Positions 31,258-40,866 of a stretch of DNA of 64,000 nucleotides are shown here, piece after piece. The notes below the pieces were generated by a model. The model was not told the origin of the DNA. It did not search any database and saw only the letters and a list, made by a program, of their open reading frames with translations. The stretch comes from a bacterium (lineage in GTDB: Bacteria > Zhuqueibacterota > Zhuqueibacteria > Residuimicrobiales > Krinioviventaceae), in contig CAXXMD010000003.1 in assembly GCA_963675755.2 (NCBI GenBank), positions 2,304,001 through 2,368,000 on the forward strand. Direction: 5' to 3'. The translations under genes and the position numbers were made by a program. Every line of letters starts with the position of its first letter. The first letter of the stretch is position 1.

Positions 31258-32634
31258 TTGTCAAAATTACAGGATATATCGTTGGATAAAGAGCGCAGAG
31301 ACCTGACGCAGGGTAGTATTGTAAAAAATCTTTGGATATTGGCCATCCCCATGATGGCGACCAATGCTTTGCAGACGGTATTTAATATAGTGGATATGAT
31401 GTTTGTGGGGCGGCTGGGCGCAGCCCCGGTTGCCGCAGTTTCGATTGTTGGTAATATTTTAATGATCCTTTTTGCATTGATATTGGGGATCAGTATAGCA
31501 ACCGGAGCAATGGTATCCCGAAGTTTTGGCGCAAAGGATTTTGATAATGTGAATCATGTTGCATTACAGTCCATGATCTTTGGTGCTTATTTAGGATTGT
31601 TTCTCTCAATTATAGGCTATTTTATTGCGCCGTATCTCATCAATATATTTGGTGTGGAATTGGACGTGCATAATATGGCTACTGTCTATATGCGTATCCT
31701 GTTCGCGGGATCCATTCCCATGGCATTGTCCTTTTTATCCGCTTCCATTTTTCAGGCAGTTGGTGACGCCAAAACTGCCATGTGGATCATGTTGGTAGCG
31801 GTTCTATTGAATGCAATCATGGACCCGTTGTTGATTTTTGGATTGGGACCTTTTCCCCGGTTAGAGGTAGCTGGCGCTGCCTGGGCAACAACCCTTGCCC
31901 GTACGGTTGGTATGGTCATAGCTATTCTGTTTCTGATTGTTAAAAAGACCCATCTACATATCAAATGGGAATCCTATAAAATTGACTGGGACCTGCTGAG
32001 ACGTATAGCCAAGATCGGGTTTCCCGGATCGCTGCAAATGGGTTTACGCAGCGCAACCGGTATTATTATGATGGCTATTGTTGCCGGATATGGAACCGTT
32101 GCACTCGCTGCTTTTGGTATTGGCATCCGGGTAGACATGCTTGTCATGATGCCGGGATTCGGCCTTGCCGCGGCAACGGCAACCCTGGTGGGACAAAATC
32201 TTGGCGCGGGAGAACCGGATCGTGCTGTTAAAAGTACATGGCTGGCGCTTGTTTTCTTTGTCTCGATCATGGCAACAGCCGGAATTATTTATTTTACACA
32301 TGCGGCTGGCATTTTTAAGCTGTTTACCGGCAATGAAGAGGTGATCCATAATGGAGTGAATTACTTGCGTATTATGGTGCTCTCTTATCCGTTTATTGCT
32401 ATGGCAGTGATATTTAATCGCGGTTTGAGCGGTGCAGGTGAAACCCTGTGGCCCATGATTATTACCGCGTTTTCATTGTTGTGTGTTGCTGTTCCTTTGT
32501 CATTTATTGTACCCCGGATTTGGAACGTGGGCGTTAATGGTGTATGGATTGCGGTTGTGATTTCAAATTTTGTAAATGCAATTATTATCTGGTCGATTTT
32601 TGCCAGGGGTAAATGGAAGGTCAAGAAATTGTAG
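31258..32634 (+). CDS. MATE family efflux transporter
   Basis: DLTQGSI..LAIP, VDMMFVGRLG, DPLLIFG, GAAWAT, VGQNLGAG, W+ C-terminus. Confidence 0.92.
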   Translation: MSKLQDISLDKERRDLTQGSIVKNLWILAIPMMATNALQTVFNIVDMMFVGRLGAAPVAAVSIVGNILMILFALILGISIATGAMVSRSFGAKDFDNVNHVALQSMIFGAYLGLFLSIIGYFIAPYLINIFGVELDVHNMATVYMRILFAGSIPMALSFLSASIFQAVGDAKTAMWIMLVAVLLNAIMDPLLIFGLGPFPRLEVAGAAWATTLARTVGMVIAILFLIVKKTHLHIKWESYKIDWDLLRRIAKIGFPGSLQMGLRSATGIIMMAIVAGYGTVALAAFGIGIRVDMLVMMPGFGLAAATATLVGQNLGAGEPDRAVKSTWLALVFFVSIMATAGIIYFTHAAGIFKLFTGNEEVIHNGVNYLRIMVLSYPFIAMAVIFNRGLSGAGETLWPMIITAFSLLCVAVPLSFIVPRIWNVGVNGVWIAVVISNFVNAIIIWSIFARGKWKVKKL

Positions 32635-33301
32635 CCAAAACCCGGCAGGGTGACCCGCTTCCATTGTGCAGGGGCAATGCGCCAATGAACAGTGTGATGC
32701 CGGTTTCTGTCAGCTTTTCCAGATGGGTAAGGTTTTCGAGGTGATAGATTTTATATTGTGCAGCCAGATGATTTACCGCAAAGTTTTGTGATTGTCCGCC
32801 GTCTATACCGGCAGTGTCAATTCCCACCCCGGTTATGTTGCGGGTGATCAGATGCTGCATTGCTGATTCGGTAATCCCCGGAAAGTGCATGCCCGACGTG
32901 TTATTGCCCAGATATTTTGCCGGCTCCTGCCAATACAGACTCCATCCGGTTTCAAACAACACAACAGATTTGGCAGAAATTTTCTGATTTGAATTTTCCC
33001 AGTTTATGATATCCTCTTTTGAAACAAGATAGTCAGAATTCCGTTTACATTGAGGTATAACCGGTATCTTAACAGCCGGTACTATGAGATTGTCCGGCAG
33101 AACCTGATCGATCGACGGACCTGACGGAATAAAATGAGAAGGCGCGCCAATGTGCGTACCGGTATGCTCCCCGATTTTCAGTTCATTCAGCGTATAGCCA
33201 TCCTTTTCGGGATTGGATACAATGGTCATGCTGAATTTGGGGTCGCCGGGCCAAATAGGTATATCTTTATGCAAAGGCTGTGTCAGGTCAATAACTTGCA
33301 T
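32621..33301 (-). CDS. Cyclase family (kynurenine formamidase-like) metallohydrolase
   Basis: IDLTQPL, WPGDP, EHTGTHIGAPSHF, GIDT, LENL, GSGSPCRVLA. Confidence 0.88.
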   Translation of the reverse strand: MQVIDLTQPLHKDIPIWPGDPKFSMTIVSNPEKDGYTLNELKIGEHTGTHIGAPSHFIPSGPSIDQVLPDNLIVPAVKIPVIPQCKRNSDYLVSKEDIINWENSNQKISAKSVVLFETGWSLYWQEPAKYLGNNTSGMHFPGITESAMQHLITRNITGVGIDTAGIDGGQSQNFAVNHLAAQYKIYHLENLTHLEKLTETGITLFIGALPLHNGSGSPCRVLATIS

Positions 33302-33339
33302 GATAATCGTTGCTTTTTAATTCTAAATCCATATTTTAG

Positions 33340-34782
33340 ATGTCTATGAGTGAATATACAAAAAATAATCCAAAAAGTGAACCCCCTTTAGACTGGAATT
33401 TTTCACCGGAATGTGCTGCGGTTTTACCGCAAGTGGATGATGGACCGGAATTGACCCGTATTCCCATAAGCAATGCCATTGTCAAGCTGGCGTGGCCTGC
33501 TTTTACGTCCATGGTGTTTTTGATGGTTTTCAACCTGGTGGATGTATGGTGGGTGGGCAAGCTGGGTGCTGACGCGCTTGCCGGTGTAAGTGCAGCTTCA
33601 TTTGTTTTGTGGACCCTCCAGTCCGTTGCAACACTGGTGGAGACCGGTGGCAATTCAATGATAGCCCGCTTTGTTGGCGCACGTGATACTGCCCTTGCCA
33701 GCAGGGTTGTGGGACAATGCCTGATTATGGCGGCTGCTCTGGCGATAGGATTTGGCATTGTTGGATTTTTGACAGAAGACTGGATTTACACATATATGGG
33801 CCTTGAAGGCGAAGTACTCAGGCATGCACGGGAATATCTGTTCTATATCTTTACAGGTATGATCACGATATTTATGGTGTTTGCAATAGACGCGGCTTTT
33901 CGAGGCATGGGAGACACCAAAACTCCGCTTAAATTGATTACCGCTGCTTTGACATTAAATGCTGTCCTGGATCCCTTGTTGATTCTTGGAGTCGGACCAT
34001 TCCCCCGTATGGAAGCGGGCGGCGCTGCGCTGGCAACGGTTGTCAGTCATATATTGGCCCTGGTGTGGGGAATTGCGCTTTTGAAAAAACGGGATGTACA
34101 TATCCATATTGACTGGTCATTCAAGTCCTTTATTAATCCCGATTTGATCTGGCGGATCACCCGTGTTGGCGCGCCAATCGGGTTTAGCGGGGTGATGTTT
34201 AGCATCAGTTATATGCTGCTGACTCGCGTCATTACCGGATTTGGTCCCGGTCCGCTGGCCGCACTGGGACTGGGGCACCGCATAGAGGGACTGGCATATT
34301 TTGCCGCAGTGGGTGTGTCCGTGGCTGCTTCAACCCTGGTGGGACAAAACCTGGGCGCCGGTAAACCGGACCGGGCCGAGAAATCCGCCTGGTTGTCAAT
34401 ATTGTATGTGTCGATTATGCTGGTTTTTGTGTCCATAGCATTTTATTTTGGCAGTAAATGGATTGTCTTGTTTTTTATTGATGATCCTCTTGTGGTTGCA
34501 GAAGGGACCAGCTATTTAAAGATTATTGCAATTTTTGAGATCTTTTTGGGACTCGAAATTGTTTTTGAAGGCGCGTTCAGCGGTGCAGGTAACTCGTTGC
34601 CGCCCATGTTGGTTTCTGTGCCTATTACCTGGGCAAGAATACCCCTGGCATATCTGTTGGCGCATACATTGGATATGGGCAGTGAGGGAGTTTGGTGGGC
34701 TATTGGCTCTACAACCGGACTCAAGGGGATCATCATGGCGCTGTGGTTCCGCAGAAATCGCTGGAAAACCAAAAAAGTTTGA
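33340..34782 (+). CDS. MATE family efflux transporter
   Basis: LAWP, VDVWWVGKLG, RGMGDTKTP, DPLLILG, VGQNLGAG. Confidence 0.92.
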   Translation: MSMSEYTKNNPKSEPPLDWNFSPECAAVLPQVDDGPELTRIPISNAIVKLAWPAFTSMVFLMVFNLVDVWWVGKLGADALAGVSAASFVLWTLQSVATLVETGGNSMIARFVGARDTALASRVVGQCLIMAAALAIGFGIVGFLTEDWIYTYMGLEGEVLRHAREYLFYIFTGMITIFMVFAIDAAFRGMGDTKTPLKLITAALTLNAVLDPLLILGVGPFPRMEAGGAALATVVSHILALVWGIALLKKRDVHIHIDWSFKSFINPDLIWRITRVGAPIGFSGVMFSISYMLLTRVITGFGPGPLAALGLGHRIEGLAYFAAVGVSVAASTLVGQNLGAGKPDRAEKSAWLSILYVSIMLVFVSIAFYFGSKWIVLFFIDDPLVVAEGTSYLKIIAIFEIFLGLEIVFEGAFSGAGNSLPPMLVSVPITWARIPLAYLLAHTLDMGSEGVWWAIGSTTGLKGIIMALWFRRNRWKTKKV

Positions 34783-34799
34783 TCTTTAAATAAAAGACT

Positions 34800-34828
34800 G
34801 CCCACGAATCACACGAATAAGCACGAAA
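34800..34828 (+). repeat. CACGAA-type periodic repeat (copy 1)
   Basis: GCCCACGAATCACACGAATAAGCACGAAA; 27/29 identical to 42790-42818. Confidence 0.8.
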
Positions 34829-34908
34829 ATAAAACGAATTGTATCTCGTTTATCTGTCACAGACGGATTTTTTTATTAACAGAGTTCGCTGATGCGCAGA
34901 GAAAGCGG

Positions 34909-34937
34909 ATCGTGACAGAGATCATCTCTGTCACGAT
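34909..34937. repeat. Perfect REP-like palindrome
   Basis: ATCGTGACAGAGAT-C-ATCTCTGTCACGAT: 14-bp arms around a 1-nt centre. Confidence 0.8.
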
Positions 34938-35240
34938 TGTTAGGCTTTTTACCAATTTGTACTGGCTTGATTTACAATATTTTTGATACGAATCCGGGAT
35001 GCGATCACCTTTTAACTTTACACACCTCCCATAGGTGAATTTGTCCCTATTACAAATAGAACGATCCCCAAAAAAGATTAACGAGAATCTGGTACCCTGC
35101 CCATATATATAAATCATTGCTTTTATAAAAATTTTTACTATTATAAGATAGATCTTGATGGGGAGCGGGTTTGAATTATGTCCTATTCCGGGAAAACCAC
35201 TCCTGTTTAATTTAGTGTGATGAAAGGGGTCGTTTTGAAA

Positions 35241-36731
35241 ATGATCATAAAGCATAGAACTATCGGTTTATTTATTGTTTTGCTGTTCATTTTTAACAGT
35301 TTTTCGTTTGCGGGAAATATCGTTTATCCCTGGCGGGCAGCACCTGCATTTGCCGAGTGCGGAGGTGGATTTTCTGCATTGTACAACAATATCACTTTTG
35401 CGGATATTGATTCTGTTGTATTCACAGGTCCGTACAATCGCGTTCAACTGACCATTGATTCGGTCAGTGTTGATCGGTTTGTTTACGATACATTTACTCA
35501 AAAGGATGTAAATAATAAAATATGGCTCAGTGTACCCAAATCCGCGCCTGAAGAGTTGTACGATCTATTAATTTACAGCAATGGCGAGACCCACGTTTCA
35601 CGTAAATCCGTCAAGGTTGTGCGTGAGTTTAAACCGTCACATCGTTTTATACACATTTCCGATACGCATGTTACCCGTGCCTGGGTGGGTGATGGTGATG
35701 ATGGATACGCCAAAGAACTCGAGTTACTGGACCGGTTTGTCGATTTGGCCAATATTATTGCACCGGATTTTATTATCAATACCGGCGATGTCATTATGCA
35801 CTATACCCGGGTGAATGCAGATTCAACCGGATGGGGAGGCGACAAGCTGTACGATGCGGATTTACGTCCGTTGGTTGAGGAAAAGTATAGAAATTATTAT
35901 GCCGGGGCAAAGGGATTTTCAGGCGTTCATGGATTTAATGCTCCGATTTTCAGCTTGCCCGGTAACCACGACTCTTATGGTGTAAACAGAAAAGACCACA
36001 TGGCCATGTCAAGTCAGTGGAATGACTTGTGCGGTCTGCGTGTGTACGGATTCTCCTACGGAGATACCCGTGTTTTGGCGGCGGATGATTTTCTGGGCGA
36101 TCCGGTGAACGATATCCCGGATGCGTCACCCATGTCCGGCTTGCAAGGCCAGGTTTTGGAGTCGTTCCTTGCGGAAAACGGCGATGGTGCTTTGCGCATC
36201 ATGGCTCAACATCGTCCTGATCGCATTGATACAACTTTTATGGACAAACACAAGATCGGTATTCTTTTAAACGGACACAATCATACACCATTTCATGAGT
36301 ATGTGGGTGTAATGCCGACCCTGAGTATCCGTTCCGGGACGGTCTGCCGAAGCGGTGAAGTAAATAACTGGCAGGAGAATTTGGGATTTTTCCGCATTTT
36401 TTATATTGACGGCAGCGAGTTTACATTTACCGAACCTCTACGGTTTTGTGAGAATCCCACGGATGATTATAGAAAATTAAAGCTGAATCTCACACTCGAA
36501 TTTAATAACTCGAATGACGGTAGTATTACAAAAAATGAGGCCGTGATAACCAACCGTTTTCCGGTAGATCTGCCGGGATGTAAAGTGAGATTTGTGATGA
36601 AAAAAGGTGAATACCGTGTAGAGGGCGGCAAGGTGAACCAGATCATCCAAACCCAAGACAAGACCGTTGTGGATGTGTATACGGATGTGAATAAAGGTTC
36701 AGAAAAGACGGTCAGGATATTTCAGCTTTAG
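35241..36731 (+). CDS. Secreted calcineurin-like metallophosphoesterase
   Basis: Signal peptide; HISDTH, TGD, PGNHD, GHNH motifs. Start set to ATG 35241; the ORF track uses 35217. Confidence 0.82.
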   Translation: MIIKHRTIGLFIVLLFIFNSFSFAGNIVYPWRAAPAFAECGGGFSALYNNITFADIDSVVFTGPYNRVQLTIDSVSVDRFVYDTFTQKDVNNKIWLSVPKSAPEELYDLLIYSNGETHVSRKSVKVVREFKPSHRFIHISDTHVTRAWVGDGDDGYAKELELLDRFVDLANIIAPDFIINTGDVIMHYTRVNADSTGWGGDKLYDADLRPLVEEKYRNYYAGAKGFSGVHGFNAPIFSLPGNHDSYGVNRKDHMAMSSQWNDLCGLRVYGFSYGDTRVLAADDFLGDPVNDIPDASPMSGLQGQVLESFLAENGDGALRIMAQHRPDRIDTTFMDKHKIGILLNGHNHTPFHEYVGVMPTLSIRSGTVCRSGEVNNWQENLGFFRIFYIDGSEFTFTEPLRFCENPTDDYRKLKLNLTLEFNNSNDGSITKNEAVITNRFPVDLPGCKVRFVMKKGEYRVEGGKVNQIIQTQDKTVVDVYTDVNKGSEKTVRIFQL

Positions 36732-36761
36732 GATAGATGGGATTTTATAAATAAGATTATT

Positions 36762-36836
36762 ATTTAACGCAGAGGCCGCAGGGGCGCAGAGATAATATGA
36801 AAATTCTTTGCGAACTCGGCGAGCTCTGCGTTTAAA
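36762..36836. repeat. CGCAGAG-type periodic palindromic element
   Basis: ATTTAA-CGCAGAG-GC-CGCAGGG-G-CGCAGAG, spacer, CTTTGCG-AA-CTCGGCG-AG-CTCTGCG-TTTAAA. Confidence 0.8.
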
Positions 36837-36927
36837 GAAATAAAATATATTCTGTATAGATTTGTTTTGAATAGAGTGCAAAGTTGATAACATAACTCCA
36901 TAATAAGCCGTTAATTTTGAAAACTGA

Positions 36928-37125
36928 TTGGGATATAGAATATTGATAACAGGTGTGATTTTAATCGTAATTGGTATTGCAATTCTTTTTCTATTATATA
37001 AAGAAATAAAAAAAGATGGCTTTGGGGGAGAGGGAATCACATCAATGGAATTTCGTATGCATTTTGGGTTTTTAATTAGTGGAGTTGGATTTATATTAAT
37101 AGGTGTTTTGTTTTTTTTAGATTAA
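36928..37125 (+). CDS. Small two-TM membrane protein, unknown function
   Basis: 65 aa with two hydrophobic segments, AT-rich; TTG start is uncertain. Confidence 0.5.
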   Translation: MGYRILITGVILIVIGIAILFLLYKEIKKDGFGGEGITSMEFRMHFGFLISGVGFILIGVLFFLD

Positions 37126-37217
37126 AAAGTATGATATCTGTATTTTCTTGATTGTCGCTTGGCATAAAAAAACTGGCTTTTGTTTGTTTGGTTTTAATCC
37201 TTTACCTGGAGTGTTTG

Positions 37218-39053
37218 ATGAGCACATCCACAAAAATAAACAGACGTAAATTTCATGATTTGGCATTAAGCGGAATGGGGGCATTGGCAATCAGTGCAAT
37301 GAATCCCTTTGTCAAAACCACACTTTCAAAACCTTTTAATTCAAACTCTAAAAAGCTGTTGGCAACAAGCGAGTATGTGGGTAATATTATCTATAATGAT
37401 TGCTTTATGGACAGGGCCCAACTGGACGATCTGCATAAAAGTCTAGTGAAATTGGGTGTTACGCGTCACCAATGGATTATTTATACCGTGTGGTCCATTC
37501 ACGAAAACCATCCCTTCGGTATTGATATTTTAGCCGAGGCTGTCAAATCCGCGCATCAACATGGACTTGAATTTTACGCACTGATCAAGCCTTTTGAAGA
37601 ATGCGGATTCCGTCCGGTTCTGCCGCACACGTTGCCATTCCCCGAGGATGCGGTTGCCTATAAAGATATTTGTGGAATCAAACCCCTTGCCAGTCCCTTT
37701 GCCGCAAAGCATGTGGAAATGTGCCTAAAACACCGTCCCGGTACTTTTGAATACAAGGGACCTGTTACCGCTATGCGTCTGGTGAAACGCGATGATGGCG
37801 CAACACGCATCAAGGCCGAACATCTTGCAATCTATACCAGTCCTGTAAACAATGGATTTGTGGAATACAAGGGGCCAGTCTCGTTTCGGGAATCTGTTGA
37901 ATGGCGCAGCGGCTTTCCCAAATGGAGGCAATGCCGCATCCTGAATCTTGAGGATTTGAAAATTCCCAAAGACCATCGCCATATACTCATAAAATGCTCC
38001 CTGGCAGATAATGATGCTGATTTTAAAAATGAATATGGAAGAATCCTTGAACTGGTGGGCCCGGATGGAGAAATCATTCCAAACACCATGAGTACAGGAC
38101 TGGTATCGCTGGAAACAGACAATGAAAGTTTTTACAAATCATGGCTTACCCGGCATAATATGGTGCGATACGCAGAAATGCCGCAGGTCAAACAGGAAAT
38201 CAATGACACCCAAAAGATGCAGGAGCATTATAAGGATTTTTATAATTATGATCGCTATAATGTAACGGATACAAAAACGCTGGACAAGGATGGGTTTGTG
38301 GCGGCAGTATGTGGCAAGCCGGAATATATGCTTGGCAATCTGAATCCCATTTATCCCGAGGTGAGAAAACACTGGCTCGATTTGACGCGATATTGCCTGG
38401 ACCGGGGCGTGGACGGCATCAATTACCGGGTTGCCAATCATACCCAGTCCCCGGAATCGTGGGAGTATGGCTTTAATGAACCGGTCATCAAGGCTGCGGG
38501 TGGAAAAACGGATTACCCAACCATAAAACGCATAAATGGCAATGCTTATACACAATTTCTACGGGAAGCACGGGAGCTCATCAAAAGCAGGGGCAAATCT
38601 ATTACCGTGCATATATTTGCTCAAATGCTGGCCCCGGATGACAGGCACAGACGATTGAGTTATATACCTACCAATTTTGAATGGCAATGGGAAACCTGGG
38701 TACGTGAAATTGCCGATGATCTGGAATTTAGAGGCGTGTTTACTTTGCAGCCCTGGCATGTAAAGCAAGTTTTAGAGACCATGCTTGACGTGACCCGTAA
38801 AGCAAATAAACCACTATATTTTCAAGGTAAATTTCACGAGATCAGTTTTGATGGCCCCAATCTCCGGACACGTGAAGAACTGGATTTTATCAGCAACTAT
38901 CCGGATCTGGGTGGATTTTGTTTATATGAAACACACTTGATCACCAAATTGAATAAAGAGGGTAGAATTATACTTTCACCCAATATGGAATCGCTTATAA
39001 AAGCACATTTTTTTCAAACAGATAAAAGTCTGGGAAATATGAAAAATGATTAA
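37218..39053 (+). CDS. Tat-exported TIM-barrel glycoside-hydrolase-like protein (paralog 1)
   Basis: INRRKF twin-arginine motif; AVKSAHQHGLEFYA and LNPIYPEVR...GVDGINYR resemble GHL10/DUF187-like barrels. Start ATG 37218 after GGAG. Confidence 0.6.
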   Translation: MSTSTKINRRKFHDLALSGMGALAISAMNPFVKTTLSKPFNSNSKKLLATSEYVGNIIYNDCFMDRAQLDDLHKSLVKLGVTRHQWIIYTVWSIHENHPFGIDILAEAVKSAHQHGLEFYALIKPFEECGFRPVLPHTLPFPEDAVAYKDICGIKPLASPFAAKHVEMCLKHRPGTFEYKGPVTAMRLVKRDDGATRIKAEHLAIYTSPVNNGFVEYKGPVSFRESVEWRSGFPKWRQCRILNLEDLKIPKDHRHILIKCSLADNDADFKNEYGRILELVGPDGEIIPNTMSTGLVSLETDNESFYKSWLTRHNMVRYAEMPQVKQEINDTQKMQEHYKDFYNYDRYNVTDTKTLDKDGFVAAVCGKPEYMLGNLNPIYPEVRKHWLDLTRYCLDRGVDGINYRVANHTQSPESWEYGFNEPVIKAAGGKTDYPTIKRINGNAYTQFLREARELIKSRGKSITVHIFAQMLAPDDRHRRLSYIPTNFEWQWETWVREIADDLEFRGVFTLQPWHVKQVLETMLDVTRKANKPLYFQGKFHEISFDGPNLRTREELDFISNYPDLGGFCLYETHLITKLNKEGRIILSPNMESLIKAHFFQTDKSLGNMKND

Positions 39054-40866
39054 AAAACCTTTTTTTATCAATAGACGAGAATTTCTGGCACAAACAATAA
39101 TCACATTCGGTTCATCAGTTTTGGGCTATGCAAGTGATCCGTTTCTAAATTCAAGCAAGGTAAAATCAGGAAATCAGGCAAATAAAAAATTGCTTGCTAC
39201 AACAGACTACCTGGACAATGTTTTAATAAATAAATCCTTTATGGACAAAACCCAACTGGATCAGTTACATAGCTACCTTGCATCGCTGGGTGTTACGCGT
39301 CATCAATGGATGTTTGACACAAATTGGACGTATTACGACAATTATCCCCACGGATTTGATCTATTAAAAGAGGCTGTTAAATCAGCACATGCACATGGTA
39401 TCGAATTTTATGCGATTATTAAACCGTTTGAAGAAAGCGGATGTAGACCGGTATTACCCCATTCGTTACCCTTTCCCCAAAACGCACAAGCGTTCAAGGA
39501 TATACGCGGAATTAAGCCATATGCAAGTGCTTTTGCAGCTCAAAACCTGGAAATGAATTTGAGACGCAGACCTGGAAGTTTTGAATTCCAGGGACCGGTT
39601 TCATCAATCCGTCTTGTTAAAAAAGATGATAAACCAACAGGCATCCAGGCCAAGCACCTCTCGTTATTCACCAGTCCTACCAATAACGCGTTTGAGCCGT
39701 ACAAGGGGCCACTTTCCTTTCGGGAATCTGTTGAATGGCGAGTTGGATTCCCAAAAGGGAGAAAATGCCGGATATTGAACCTGGAAAACCTGGAATTGCC
39801 AGCGAACCATCGGCACATTCTGATAAAATGTTCTCTTGATGAAAATGGAAATTTTAGTAATGAAATTTCAAAAATTATAGAACTGGAAGGACCCGATGGA
39901 AAAGCAATACCTTGCACACACAGCACCGGTCCTGTCACCCTTGAAACAGATGAGGCGCGTTTTTATAATCTCATGAAGATAGATGACTATGATCTGATAC
40001 CCTATTTTGCTTTACCCGAGCTCAAGAAAGAATTGAATGATCCTGAAAAGATGCGAAAGCATTATCAAAATTTCTACAATTACGATCGCTACAATGTTAC
40101 AGACTCTAAATCTCTAGATAAAGACGGATTCATAGCCGTTGTATGTGGAAAACCGGAATATTTGTTAGGAAACCTTCATCCTATATATGCAGAGGTGCGG
40201 GAACACTGGCTGGAGATGACGCGCTATTGCCTGGACAGGGGAGTAGATGGAATAAATTTTAGAGCTGCAAATCACAGTCAGGATCCCGAGGCTTGGGAAT
40301 ATGGTTTTAACGAACCGGCTATAAAAGCCGCAGGCGGTAAAACAGATTATCCAACCATAAAACGCATTAATGGTGATGCGTACACAAAATTTTTACGGCA
40401 AGCGCGAGAGTTGATCAAAAGCAGGGGTAAATCCATTACTGTACATATATTTGCTCAAATGCTGGCCCCGGATGACAGGCATTGGCGTTTAAGCTATCTG
40501 CCGCCTAATTTTGATTGGCAATGGGAAACCTGGGTAAATGAAATTGCTGATGATTTGGAATTTCGGGGTGTGTACACTCTCCGTCCATGGCATGCAAAAC
40601 AAGTTCTGGAAACCATTCTTTCTGTTACACAACAGGCTGATAAAGCTCTGTATTTTCAGGATCACTTTCATGAAACCACTTTTGATGGGCCAAATTACCG
40701 TTTAAGTAAAGATCTTGAAATGATGTATAATTATCCAGAAATTGCTGGATTTTGTCTATACGAAACAGCGGCATATACCCGTTTGAATGAAAAGGGCAAT
40801 ATTGAGGGGAGTTCTGATATCAAAAGTATAATAGGATCGCAATTTAAACAGGGAACAGTTGAATGA
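39046..40866 (+). CDS. Tat-exported TIM-barrel glycoside-hydrolase-like protein (paralog 2)
   Basis: INRREFL; same motifs as paralog 1; overlaps both neighbours. Confidence 0.6.
   Translation: MIKKPFFINRREFLAQTIITFGSSVLGYASDPFLNSSKVKSGNQANKKLLATTDYLDNVLINKSFMDKTQLDQLHSYLASLGVTRHQWMFDTNWTYYDNYPHGFDLLKEAVKSAHAHGIEFYAIIKPFEESGCRPVLPHSLPFPQNAQAFKDIRGIKPYASAFAAQNLEMNLRRRPGSFEFQGPVSSIRLVKKDDKPTGIQAKHLSLFTSPTNNAFEPYKGPLSFRESVEWRVGFPKGRKCRILNLENLELPANHRHILIKCSLDENGNFSNEISKIIELEGPDGKAIPCTHSTGPVTLETDEARFYNLMKIDDYDLIPYFALPELKKELNDPEKMRKHYQNFYNYDRYNVTDSKSLDKDGFIAVVCGKPEYLLGNLHPIYAEVREHWLEMTRYCLDRGVDGINFRAANHSQDPEAWEYGFNEPAIKAAGGKTDYPTIKRINGDAYTKFLRQARELIKSRGKSITVHIFAQMLAPDDRHWRLSYLPPNFDWQWETWVNEIADDLEFRGVYTLRPWHAKQVLETILSVTQQADKALYFQDHFHETTFDGPNYRLSKDLEMMYNYPEIAGFCLYETAAYTRLNEKGNIEGSSDIKSIIGSQFKQGTVE

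Noticed and set aside
35162-35203. Leader hairpin GGAGCGGGTTT...AAACCACTCC upstream of the phosphoesterase as a riboswitch
   Set aside because: Pairing is plausible, but I could not match it to any riboswitch consensus I know; an Rfam scan is needed.
34857-35255. 132-aa minus-strand ORF, and the similar 36699-37040 ORF
   Set aside because: They run through repeat and promoter DNA, overlap better-supported genes and show no protein-like motifs.
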